Source: an uncultured Chloroflexia bacterium
Lineage (GTDB): Bacteria > Chloroflexota > Limnocylindria > Limnocylindrales > CSP1-4
Assembly: GCA_963746845.1 (NCBI GenBank)
Contig: CAVVCZ010000004.1
Span: 704,001 to 768,000, forward strand
DNA length: 64,000 bases
Reading direction: 5' to 3'
Shown here: positions 12,080-20,373 of the stretch, in pieces
How the letters are laid out: every line of letters starts with the position of its first letter
Position numbering within the stretch: the first letter of the stretch is position 1
Program-made: the position numbers and the translations under genes
Notes under the pieces: model-generated
Told to the model about the DNA's origin: nothing
Seen by the model: only the letters and a program-made list of their open reading frames with translations
The model's database searches: none

Positions 12080-12655
12080 TCAGATGCCGACCGGGACGGT
12101 CGTGCACCGGACCGGGGCCGCGCCGGCCGGGCGGGTCATCGTCCGAGCGGCCTCGAACATCCCGGTCCAGGCCGCCGGGCCGCCCGCCCCCTCGAACGCG
12201 GCCTGCGGGCTGACCCCTCCGCCGGCCGGGTCCACCGACGTGCGCCGCGCGGCGACCATCGCCTCGTAGGCGACGAACAGGCGGTCGAGCTGGGCCATCG
12301 ACGGAGCACCCGGCGCCCAGCCTGCGGCGATCGCGGCCTGGCCTCGTCCCTGCTCCAGCTGGGCGGTGATCGTCGTCGCCAGCTGGTCGGCCTTCGTCGC
12401 CTGGCCCGCGGCCACGGCCGCCTCGAACGACAGGCTGAGCTGGGAGCCGATCCCGGTATCGGGGTTGCCGACGGCCGTGAACAACGCCCCGAACGCGTTG
12501 CAGAACGCCGAGCCGAACTCCTCGTAGGTCGCGGCACGAGCGGGGCTGGAGTCGGACGGCTTTGCGCCGCCCGGCTCCCCACTGCGGCAGCCGACGCACA
12601 GACCCGCGACCAGGACCATCGCGATCGCGATCGCTCGCGTCGAGGGCTGGGTCAT
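12080..12655 (-). CDS. Putative lipoprotein
   Basis: MTQPSTRAIAIAMVLVAGLCVGC signal peptide/lipobox followed by an Ala-rich helical body. Confidence 0.75.
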   Translation of the reverse strand: MTQPSTRAIAIAMVLVAGLCVGCRSGEPGGAKPSDSSPARAATYEEFGSAFCNAFGALFTAVGNPDTGIGSQLSLSFEAAVAAGQATKADQLATTITAQLEQGRGQAAIAAGWAPGAPSMAQLDRLFVAYEAMVAARRTSVDPAGGGVSPQAAFEGAGGPAAWTGMFEAARTMTRPAGAAPVRCTTVPVGI

Positions 12656-12704
12656 GTCGATCCTGCTTTCCGCTCGAGTGTGCACCCCGGGTCGCGCGTC
12701 CGGA

Positions 12705-12800
12705 TGTGGGAACGCCGTGGACAACCCTCGCGGTTGCGACACGGATGACGCCGAGCTCGTGGAAAAGACGCTGGACGGGGCGGTTCGTTTCACGTACTGT
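12705..12800 (+). promoter_or_regulatory. SigmaA-type promoter with DnaA-box-like array (copy 2)
   Basis: TGTGGGAAC at 12705, CGTGGACAA at 12716, CGTGGAAAA at 12758 (same 11- and 42-bp offsets as copy 1); -35 TGGACG 12772-12777, 17-bp spacer, -10 TACTGT 12795-12800. Confidence 0.6.
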
Positions 12801-12807
12801 TCGTCGT

Positions 12808-12898
12808 GCCCGGAGGGGCCTCGAACATCTAGTGATCCGATTGGTACTTGTATTGATCGGAACAGCCAGTGATCGACGGTTCCTTCGGGCGTTTTCGT
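12808..12898 (+). ncRNA. Candidate structured small RNA, copy 2
   Basis: 5' GCCCGGAGGGGCC pairs with 3' GGTTCCTTCGGGC; apical hairpin TCCGATTGGTA-CTTG-TATTGATCGGA; GTTTTCGT tail; starts after a 7-nt gap from the -10. Confidence 0.7.
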
Positions 12899-12947
12899 GT
12901 CCGCCGCTCGCCGGTCGGGGCTGGACCGCCGCTGGCACAATCGGGCG

Positions 12948-13688
12948 ATGAAGATCACCGACGGGATCCATCGACTCGGCCCGGGCCTGGTCAACGTGTA
13001 CCTCCTCGAGGAGGCCGGCGGCATCACGATCGTCGACGCGGGGATGCCCGGTGACTGGTCGGACCTGCTGGCCGAGCTGGCGGCGATGGGCCGCTCCCTC
13101 GATGACGTTCGCGCCGTCGTCCTGACCCATGGGCACTCGGACCACATCGGGTTCGCCGAGCGCGCGCGGACCGAGCGCCACCTCCCGGTGTCGGTCCACG
13201 AGCTCGACGCGGCGCTGGCTCGCGGCGAGGTGAGCAGCTCGAGCAAGGACGGCGGTCCCGTCAGCCTGATCCCGCTCCTGAAGTTCATGCTGCTCGGCCT
13301 GCGGCGGGGCGGCCTCAAGTCCGTCCACGTCGGCGAGGTCGCGACATACGGCGACGGGGTCACCCTCGACGTCCCGGGCGCCCCGACCGTCATCCACCTG
13401 CCGGGTCACACGCCGGGGAGCGCGGCCCTCCACGTCGCGTCACGCGACGCGCTCCTCATCGGCGACGCGCTCGCGACCGTCTCGGCCGTGAACGGGAGGA
13501 CGGGCCCGATGATCGCGCCGTACACGGCCGAGCCGGCGCAGGCGATCGCGTCCCTCGACCGCCTGGACGGCATCGAGGCCGGGTGGGTGCTGCCGGGCCA
13601 TGGCCAGCCGTGGACGGGCGGTGTGGCGGAGGCGGTGCGCCGGATCCGGGCGGCGGGACCGGAGGGGATGGGTCGGCCGGCGGCCTGA
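12948..13688 (+). CDS. MBL-fold metallo-hydrolase
   Basis: VDAG, LTHGHSDHIG (HxHxDH), PGHTPG, GDAL and PGHG. Confidence 0.93.
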   Translation: MKITDGIHRLGPGLVNVYLLEEAGGITIVDAGMPGDWSDLLAELAAMGRSLDDVRAVVLTHGHSDHIGFAERARTERHLPVSVHELDAALARGEVSSSSKDGGPVSLIPLLKFMLLGLRRGGLKSVHVGEVATYGDGVTLDVPGAPTVIHLPGHTPGSAALHVASRDALLIGDALATVSAVNGRTGPMIAPYTAEPAQAIASLDRLDGIEAGWVLPGHGQPWTGGVAEAVRRIRAAGPEGMGRPAA

Positions 13689-13700
13689 CGCACAACGAGA

Positions 13701-13738
13701 CCCGCCGGCCGCACGCATCGAGGCGTGCGACCGGCGGG
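13701..13738. terminator. Hairpin between convergent genes (likely bidirectional terminator)
   Basis: CCCGCCGGCCGCACGC-N6-GCGTGCGACCGGCGGG, a 16-bp stem with one mismatch. Confidence 0.55.
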
Positions 13739-13787
13739 GGAGGGGTGGCGAAGGGGAGGGGTGGGCGTCCGCCCGCCCCCATGGGGA

Positions 13788-14318
13788 CTACGGGTTGGCG
13801 ACCGCCCAGTTCGCGATGGCCGAGCCGTTGGTGTCCCCGGCGGCCTTGTCGGCGGCGAAGTAGTACAGCGGCATCCCGTTGTATGCCAGCTGCTTCGATC
13901 CGTCGTCGCGGGTCACGATCGTGAGCTTGCCGGTGGCGGCGCTGTCGGCCTTGACCTCGGTGAGGTCATCGGCCGCGTAGGGCGGCCAGTTGTCCGCGCA
14001 GTTGCCGTTGCAGACGCTCTTGCCGGAGTCGGCCGTGTCCTTCTTGAAGATGTACAGGGTCTTGCCGTCCGCGCCGGTCAGGAAGCTGACGGTCGCCCCG
14101 CCGACGGTGCCGCTGCCGATCTTGAGCGGGTAGCTCCCGGCCGCACCCGAATCCGAGCTCGCCGGGCTTCCGGCGGCCTCGCTCGGTGCTGCAGCGCTCG
14201 GTGCCGCGACGCTGGCCGCGGCCGACGGCGACGGGGTCGCGCCGGTGCTGCTGCATGCCGCGAGCACGAGGATCAGGGGCATCGCAGCGGCGAGGCCGAA
14301 GAATCGATGTCGGTTCAT
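13788..14318 (-). CDS. COG4315-type lipoprotein with Yx(FWY)xxD repeats
   Basis: Lipobox LAAC; GKTLYIFKKD, CNGNCADNWPP and QLAYNGMPLYYFAADK. Confidence 0.88.
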   Translation of the reverse strand: MNRHRFFGLAAAMPLILVLAACSSTGATPSPSAAASVAAPSAAAPSEAAGSPASSDSGAAGSYPLKIGSGTVGGATVSFLTGADGKTLYIFKKDTADSGKSVCNGNCADNWPPYAADDLTEVKADSAATGKLTIVTRDDGSKQLAYNGMPLYYFAADKAAGDTNGSAIANWAVANP

Positions 14319-14444
14319 GGCTCGGACAGTCCTCCAGGGAGTGGTGCGCGTCCCACACGACCCGTACGCGCCCGCATCCCCGACGGTTTCCCTCGCCCGC
14401 GCCGGACCGTCATCATGGATCGTCCACACCTCGAGGAGGGCGTC

Positions 14445-15341
14445 ATGGCGGGTCTGGAGACGCTGGCGATTCGCACCCCGGACGGCCGGACGCTGGAGTG
14501 TCACGTCGCCGGCCCGCCCGACGGCGACGTGCTCCTGTTCCACGACGGCACGCCCGGCAGCGGGCTGCCACCGGACGCATTCGTCGAGACCGCAGCCGCC
14601 CGGAACCTCCGGTCCGTCACCTTCGCCCGGCCGGGTTACGCGACATCGACCCGACGACCGGGCCGGAGCGTCGCGGACGTTGCCGAGGACGCCGTGGCGG
14701 TCCTCGACCACTTCGGGGCCGATCGGTGCTTCACGATGGGCGCCTCGGGCGGCGGCCCGCACGCGCTGGCGTGTGCCGCGCTGATCCCGGAACGCGTCCG
14801 GGCCACGACCGTCATCGCGGGTGTCGCCCCGTTCGGGGCGGTGGGGCTCGACTTCCTCGCGGGCATGGCGCCGGAGAACGTCGAGGAGTTCGGCGCCGCG
14901 GTCGAGGGGTCGGACGCGCTCGTGGCGTTCCTGAGCGGTGCCGCGCAGGCCTTCGCCAATGTGACCGGAGCCGAGATCGCGGACGCGTTCGGCGGGCTCG
15001 TGTCCCCGGTCGACCACGCCGCTCTCACCGACGACTTCGCCGACGCCGTCGCGGCGGACGTCCGCAACGCGCTCTCGAGCGGGATCTGGGGCTGGCACGA
15101 CGACGACCTCGCGTTCGCCGCGCCATGGGGCTTCGACCCGGCCGGGATCACGGGCCAGGTCGACCTCTGGCAGGGCGAGCAGGATCGGATGGTCCCGTTC
15201 GCCCATGGCGTTTGGCTCGCGGCCAACGTCGGCCACGCTCGAGCGCACCTGCTACCCGACCATGGGCACCTGTCCCTGCAGGTCGCGCTCCTCGGCCCGA
15301 TCCTCGACGTGATGCTCGCGGGTGCCGAGATCAGCGCCTGA
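14445..15341 (+). CDS. Alpha/beta-fold hydrolase
   Basis: HDGTPGS, GASGGG nucleophile elbow, WQGEQD and GHLS; GAGGAGGG RBS. Confidence 0.9.
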   Translation: MAGLETLAIRTPDGRTLECHVAGPPDGDVLLFHDGTPGSGLPPDAFVETAAARNLRSVTFARPGYATSTRRPGRSVADVAEDAVAVLDHFGADRCFTMGASGGGPHALACAALIPERVRATTVIAGVAPFGAVGLDFLAGMAPENVEEFGAAVEGSDALVAFLSGAAQAFANVTGAEIADAFGGLVSPVDHAALTDDFADAVAADVRNALSSGIWGWHDDDLAFAAPWGFDPAGITGQVDLWQGEQDRMVPFAHGVWLAANVGHARAHLLPDHGHLSLQVALLGPILDVMLAGAEISA

Positions 15342-15422
15342 CCGAGGGCTAGACGCGCGTCCATGCCGGGCGCGGGCGTTCGTCCGTGGTGATGGGCCGA
15401 GCACGACCGCAGCATGTCGGCC

Positions 15423-15716
15423 ATGGACCCAACGGCTGTTCTGACCGCCATCGCGGCACTCGTCATCGTGTCGACCATCATCACCGCCACGATCCGTGTC
15501 CTGGCGGACGCCTCCGAGGACAGCGGGTTCGCGATCCTGTTCGCTCCGCTCGTGAAGGGTCTGTCGCCAAAGCCCGGGCCGGTCGTCCGGGAGCCTGAGC
15601 CGACGGCGTGGCGCTTCGACCTGATGAAGCCTCGGATGAGCGCGCCCGACCCGATCGCCCGGCCGACAACGGTCCCCCAAAAGGTCCGCTCCGGCGCCGG
15701 GTTCGCGCGGCCCTGA
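15423..15716 (+). CDS. Small membrane protein, hypothetical
   Basis: Single N-terminal hydrophobic helix; host-like codon use. Confidence 0.55.
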   Translation: MDPTAVLTAIAALVIVSTIITATIRVLADASEDSGFAILFAPLVKGLSPKPGPVVREPEPTAWRFDLMKPRMSAPDPIARPTTVPQKVRSGAGFARP

Positions 15717-15797
15717 ACCTATCGTCTCGCTGCCTGTCGGGGTTGGCCGAGACCGCGACTTGACCAAGGTGGACTAACCCCGCAGGCTCCTGCCGTC

Positions 15798-16127
15798 ATG
15801 TCCGAGCCTGTGAATATCCACGACTCGAAGATGCACCTGTCGCGTCTTGTCGAGCGCGTGGAGGCCGGCGAGGAGATCGTCCTGGCCCGGGCCGGACGCC
15901 CGGTGGCCCGACTCGTGCCGTATCGGGGCAGGCGCGAGCCACGCGTGCCCGGGGGCTGGAAGGGCCGGGCGGACCCACTCGACCGGATGCTGGTCGCCCA
16001 GGCCGAAACCCTGGGAGCCACGATCGTCTCGCGCGACGTCGCACTCGACGCGTACGGCATCAACCCTGCTGACGGCCTGAGGCGGCTGTCCTACGAGAGC
16101 ATGGGATCGTCGGCCCGCCAGATGTAG
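15798..16127 (+). pseudogene. Phd/YefM antitoxin fused in frame to the C-terminal fragment of a VapC/PIN toxin
   Basis: VNIHDSKMHLSRLVERVEAGEEIVLARAGRPVARLVP (Phd) runs directly into DPLDRMLVAQAETLGATIVSRD..LDAYGI (PIN C-terminus). Confidence 0.8.
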
Positions 16128-16606
16128 ATCGGCTCGACGCCGTGGGCACCGAGCAGCTGCGAGACCTCGCCGATGTGGTAGCCGTCGTGGGTCAGGAGCC
16201 GCTGCAGGATCGAGGCGCGCGAGTGGCGCTGGACGACGTCGCGGAAGGTGCGATCGACCCGCTCGTCGAGCCTGTCCGGCGTCCATGCGTCCAGGACGCG
16301 ATCGAGGATCGCGTACGTCGACTCGAGGGCGAACACGAGCTCGGCCGCCGAGCGCGGGTGGTCGAGGTCATCCTCCCAGCCGTCCTCGGGCAGGTCCGGC
16401 CACGGCGTCTGCTCGGCACCGGGCTCGCCGAGGATGGTGGCCAGCCAGTACAGTCGCGAACCGGCCATGTGCGCCAGGATCGCCCAGATCGGCCACTGAT
16501 CCGCGGCCGCTCGCCACGCCAGCTGCTCGTCCGTGAGCGTGGACACGACGTCGATGATGCGCTGGTGGTATTGCGGCCACCGGTCGTAGTAGCGGCGGAT
16601 GCTCAT
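16091..16606 (-). CDS. DinB-family protein
   Basis: WAILAHMAG ... LTHDGYHIGEVSQLLG His triad; likely start MSIRRYY at 16606. Confidence 0.85.
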   Translation of the reverse strand: MSIRRYYDRWPQYHQRIIDVVSTLTDEQLAWRAAADQWPIWAILAHMAGSRLYWLATILGEPGAEQTPWPDLPEDGWEDDLDHPRSAAELVFALESTYAILDRVLDAWTPDRLDERVDRTFRDVVQRHSRASILQRLLTHDGYHIGEVSQLLGAHGVEPIYIWRADDPMLS

Positions 16607-16651
16607 CGCCTCATGATGATGCGCGTCGCTCTCGCCTGCGATCCCAGCGCA

Positions 16652-16679
16652 ACTTCCGATAAGAGAAGTTATGTCCGTC
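16652..16679 (+). other. dif-like XerC/XerD recombination site
   Basis: ACTTCCGATAA-GAGAAG-TTATGTCCGTC has the 11-6-11 layout with inner ATAA/TTAT and the TTATGT XerD core; it is an AT-rich patch in GC-rich DNA. Confidence 0.55.
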
Positions 16680-18186
16680 ATGTGAACTCGGGCCAGACTG
16701 CCGAGGCTCGACCCCTGATCTTTGCCGATAGCAAGCGTGAACCCGCGTAGCGATTGATGACATCAGCGACGTGTCTCCCGCGCGTGTTGGCGTTGGCAGA
16801 TTGAAGCGCGACCAGCGCGGCCTCGGCGACCTCCTTGACATCAAGCGACTCGCGCGCGATGAAGTCGTGGTCGGATCCATCGCCGAGCTTCCCGAGCAAG
16901 AGCGCTGCGAACTGTCGAACTTCGATGCCGGCATTTCGGTTCGCGAGGGTGACTCTCGCCCGCGCCAGGAGGATCCGCTCGCATCGCGTGCCAGACAACA
17001 TGGCACGAAAGAGGTTCATTTCCTCCCATTCGGAGATGTTGTCCGGAGAAACGAGGTGGGAAGCGACCGCTCGTTGAACGCTCGCTCGCGTTGCAAAGCG
17101 CGACAGATACCGGGCCACGGTAGACGCCAGGTAGTCAAGTTCCCCGAGTCGAGCGAGGCACCACTTGATGGCAACAGGGTCCCTGTTGTCGGTGAGTCGT
17201 CCCAGGAGATATTTGAGCTCACGACGCGGCAACGGTGTCTTGCGTCTGGAGAACTCCTTCCATGCCTTCTTGACCAGGGGAGCCGCAACGATTTTGGCCC
17301 GCTGCCTGACCACGTAGTCGATCGCCGCAATCTCGTCCTCGTCACTGACGGCCGCAATCATTTCGGCCCTGCCTACCACGAGTTCGGTCTTTGCGGACTG
17401 GACGAGTAGATCGAGGCGTCTGGCCTCGGCCTCGAGAAGCCTTAGCGCCTTCTTCGCGTCGGTCCTGTCCTTCGCCAGGACGTATATGTCATCGACGTAC
17501 CTAACGTATCCGTAACCTGCCCCAATAAGCGCCTGATCGAGCGGATGGAGGTACACACTCGCTAGAAGTCCGGACGGATCCGGACCTTGAGGAAGTCCCA
17601 CGGCCCTACCCATTGAATCCTTAAGGAACGTCCTCAGCTCGCGCGCCACATCATCTCGTACGCCAAGAGAGGTAAGGCGTGCCTCAAGCTGACCGTGTGG
17701 GATGCGCTCGTAGAAGGCCGCCAGATCCGTTCGAACCATGGCTCCGTACTTGACGGACTTGACTTCGGCACGCAGTTGCGTCCGGAAGCGCTTCCACTGT
17801 GAAAGCCCGAAGCCGAAAGGGGCTTTGGTGGAGCGCCGAGCCATAGGTCTGTAGCCGAAGACGTGGTTCTTCCCAACCAGACCTCTATCGATGTCGTACA
17901 TGAACGAGTCGACCAGAGCCTGGTAGTACAGCCGACTATCCACGGTCATTTGGTGTGCCGGACGCATGAGGCCGTTTGGCTTCGGGATCAAGGCCTCGCG
18001 GGCTCGCGGGGCACGCATTCGGCCATCGCGAAACGGGGCAAGCCGCCTTCTTGCGGCGACGAATTCGGGCCGCTCCCTTGGCACCATGGCCAGACTCAAA
18101 GGATCGGGCCACAAGTCGTCCCAGGCGTCCTGGCGGATCCGCCGCGCAGCGCGCCCGAGGGTAAGTCTGACTCGCTTGGCTGGCAT
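16678..18186 (-). CDS. Reverse transcriptase (UG/Abi/DRT-like) with helical C-terminal extension
   Basis: IPKPNGLMRP, TDLAAFYERI, GLPQG...LASVYL, RYVDD and SAKT; C-terminal ~220 aa appears helical-repeat-like; lower GC than neighbouring genes. Confidence 0.92.
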   Translation of the reverse strand: MPAKRVRLTLGRAARRIRQDAWDDLWPDPLSLAMVPRERPEFVAARRRLAPFRDGRMRAPRAREALIPKPNGLMRPAHQMTVDSRLYYQALVDSFMYDIDRGLVGKNHVFGYRPMARRSTKAPFGFGLSQWKRFRTQLRAEVKSVKYGAMVRTDLAAFYERIPHGQLEARLTSLGVRDDVARELRTFLKDSMGRAVGLPQGPDPSGLLASVYLHPLDQALIGAGYGYVRYVDDIYVLAKDRTDAKKALRLLEAEARRLDLLVQSAKTELVVGRAEMIAAVSDEDEIAAIDYVVRQRAKIVAAPLVKKAWKEFSRRKTPLPRRELKYLLGRLTDNRDPVAIKWCLARLGELDYLASTVARYLSRFATRASVQRAVASHLVSPDNISEWEEMNLFRAMLSGTRCERILLARARVTLANRNAGIEVRQFAALLLGKLGDGSDHDFIARESLDVKEVAEAALVALQSANANTRGRHVADVINRYAGSRLLSAKIRGRASAVWPEFT

Positions 18187-20129
18187 CAGCTATGGCGGGC
18201 CTGATCACCAGCGCCGTAGTCGGCGACTCTCTCAGCGGCGGCCGTGAGTGATCCCTGTGGTCGATCCAACCGGGACACGAAGAAGTCGCGAGTCGGGGCG
18301 TCCACGAAGTAGACGTAGCAGCCGAGCAGGCCGCGCGTCAGCAGCACACGGTAGGTGCTCTTCACGAACTCGGTGAACTCCACCCCGGTCACGCCACTGC
18401 GGACGACCCGGTCGCTTGACTGGTCGCGCTGGCCGACCCATCCCCCATCCATCGGCCGGTACACCAGATCTGGGCCGAAGATCACCCCGACGTAGTCGAA
18501 CTCGAAGCCCTGCGCTGTGTAGACGCAGCCGACCTGGTTGATGCCTTCCTTCGCGCTCGCCCAGAAATCCGACTTCGGGATGCCGGGGCCGAGCTTCCGG
18601 GCGTCGGACTTGGCATTCCAGGGCATGGACCACTCCCCCACCCTGACGTCCGGCACGAGCTCGCCGGCCTCGTCCGGATCGGACCAGGGCCAGCAGAAGC
18701 CGGCGACGAGCCGGGCCGTCGAGCCCGTGGCGGCGCGGCCCCGGATCAGTTGGTCGAGGTCGCCGACGGTCCCGATGATCCGGAAGTCGAAGTCGTCGTC
18801 CATCGGCCAGAGGACCTGCGGTGTCCGATCGAGTTCGAGCGTGTTGTCGATCCAGCGGATGAACGAGTCCGAGCCATTCGAACGAAACTGCGCCTCGAGC
18901 TCGAACTCGCGGACCTCGAGGCCGCGCTTGGCGGCCGCCTCCCGGATCGAGTCGGTGCTGCCCGTCTCACCGGGTCGGACAACCTGAAGGTCGTCGATGA
19001 AGAACACCGACACTCGCGTGGAATCGAGGATGTCTTCCATCTGGGTCTTGCCAGTTCGTGCCGACGCCGGCGTGAAGCGACTCGTGCTGACCGACCGGAT
19101 CCGGTGGGCTTCGTCGAGGATGACAACGTCGAGCGGCTCATCGACGGTTGCGGTGTCGCGGAAGTACTTGAAGAGCACGCTTGCTCGGCCGCCGACGATC
19201 TTGCGGAGATTCTCGGTGAACGCCTTCGAGCCGGTGACGTGGATCGTCCGGAGGCCGAGCGATGCCAGCTCGGCAACGAGGTTGACCGCCAAGACCGACT
19301 TCCCGGTCCCAGGCCCGCCGGCAACGATGAACGCAACCTTGTGCTGGTTCTGACCGGCCGATCGGACCGAATCCATGACCGCGTTGTAGGCGACCTGCTG
19401 CTCGTCCAGGAGCGTGAAGACGGGTTCGTTGCGGATGACCCGGGCGACGTGGTCGAGCAAGCGCTTATGCGGCCGGAAGGCCGAGTTGGCGACGCGCTCC
19501 AGGATCAAGCCGCCCTCGTCGGGGCCAGCGACACGATCATCGAGGTAATTGGCGAGGGCGTCAGTATCGTCGCCTGAGAAGCTCGGGTTCGTTGCCAGGA
19601 GGCTCGCGAAATCCTTGCCGTAAAGCGGTGAGGCAGGGTCGTGGGTCGCGTAGTGAAGATAGGCGCACGCGTCGAGCGAGATGCCGCCGTCGGTGAATGC
19701 CGGGTGGGTGTCCAACAGGTATCGCTGGTACTGCGCGACCTGCCGCGACGGGTGGAGGCGATCGACCTCGCGCCCGCCCATGTCGACCGTCACGCAGTCG
19801 GTGATGTTCGACCGACCGACGCTGGTCCACTGCTTCAGCTCAACGATGACCGCCGTGTCCCTCGTAGTCGGGTTGGATCCGGTGATCAAGACGTCGAGGC
19901 GTTTCGAAGAGAGCGGCAGCTTGAGCTCGACGAGGACGCCCTGGTCGCGGAGATCGGCCAACTGCATGACGTTGGCCATAGCGCCGAGCGAGTTCCGCCA
20001 CGACATGACCTCGGACGGCGAGGGCTTGTAGCGGAACTCCTGGAAGAATCGATCGGCGAGCTGATTCGCAAGTCGCGCTTGCACGGCGTCTGCGATGAAC
20101 TGCTCGCTCGTGCCCTGGTAGAGGTGCAA
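18186..20129 (-). CDS. DUF2075 / Schlafen group 3-like helicase with N-terminal PD-(D/E)XK-type nuclease domain
   Basis: VELKLP..RLDVL..VIVELKQW; Walker A GGPGTGKS; Walker B ILDEAHR; VGCVYTAQGFEFD; YRVLLTRG; TTG start after AGAGGGA. Confidence 0.88.
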   Translation of the reverse strand: MHLYQGTSEQFIADAVQARLANQLADRFFQEFRYKPSPSEVMSWRNSLGAMANVMQLADLRDQGVLVELKLPLSSKRLDVLITGSNPTTRDTAVIVELKQWTSVGRSNITDCVTVDMGGREVDRLHPSRQVAQYQRYLLDTHPAFTDGGISLDACAYLHYATHDPASPLYGKDFASLLATNPSFSGDDTDALANYLDDRVAGPDEGGLILERVANSAFRPHKRLLDHVARVIRNEPVFTLLDEQQVAYNAVMDSVRSAGQNQHKVAFIVAGGPGTGKSVLAVNLVAELASLGLRTIHVTGSKAFTENLRKIVGGRASVLFKYFRDTATVDEPLDVVILDEAHRIRSVSTSRFTPASARTGKTQMEDILDSTRVSVFFIDDLQVVRPGETGSTDSIREAAAKRGLEVREFELEAQFRSNGSDSFIRWIDNTLELDRTPQVLWPMDDDFDFRIIGTVGDLDQLIRGRAATGSTARLVAGFCWPWSDPDEAGELVPDVRVGEWSMPWNAKSDARKLGPGIPKSDFWASAKEGINQVGCVYTAQGFEFDYVGVIFGPDLVYRPMDGGWVGQRDQSSDRVVRSGVTGVEFTEFVKSTYRVLLTRGLLGCYVYFVDAPTRDFFVSRLDRPQGSLTAAAERVADYGAGDQARHS

Positions 20130-20168
20130 GCGCTTCCCTCTCTTCGCCCGCCGGTCGATGCGCCACTG

Positions 20169-20174
20169 ACTATA
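20169..20174 (-). promoter_or_regulatory. Putative -10 element (TATAGT) for the helicase-RT unit
   Basis: TATAGT on the minus strand about 40 nt upstream of TTG 20129; no clear -35. Confidence 0.4.
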
Positions 20175-20373
20175 GCCGCGCCAAAGTCGTCATCTCGACC
20201 TTGTGGAATGCCGCGTCGGACCCGTTCATTGCGGAACTAAAGTTGACAATTCGTAAGGCTGCTCTCCCTCTCGCGAGTACCCATGGAACTCGCTTCGCAA
20301 CCCGCGATCTACGGGCGATCGACGGCGATCCCCGCGCCCCTCACGGGTCGAGCGTCGTGGCATCCTCCCGCGA

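Noticed and set aside
12818-12838. CGAACATCTAGTG as a LexA or NrdR box
   Set aside because: Lacks the GTTC half-site of GAAC-N4-GTTC; single partial NrdR-like match with no nrd gene; lies inside the candidate RNA bubble.
16678-18186. RT as a retron, group II intron, DGR or CRISPR-associated RT
   Set aside because: No VTG motif or visible msr-msd inverted repeats, no maturase domain or intron domain V/VI, no TR/VR repeat pair, and no cas genes or array.
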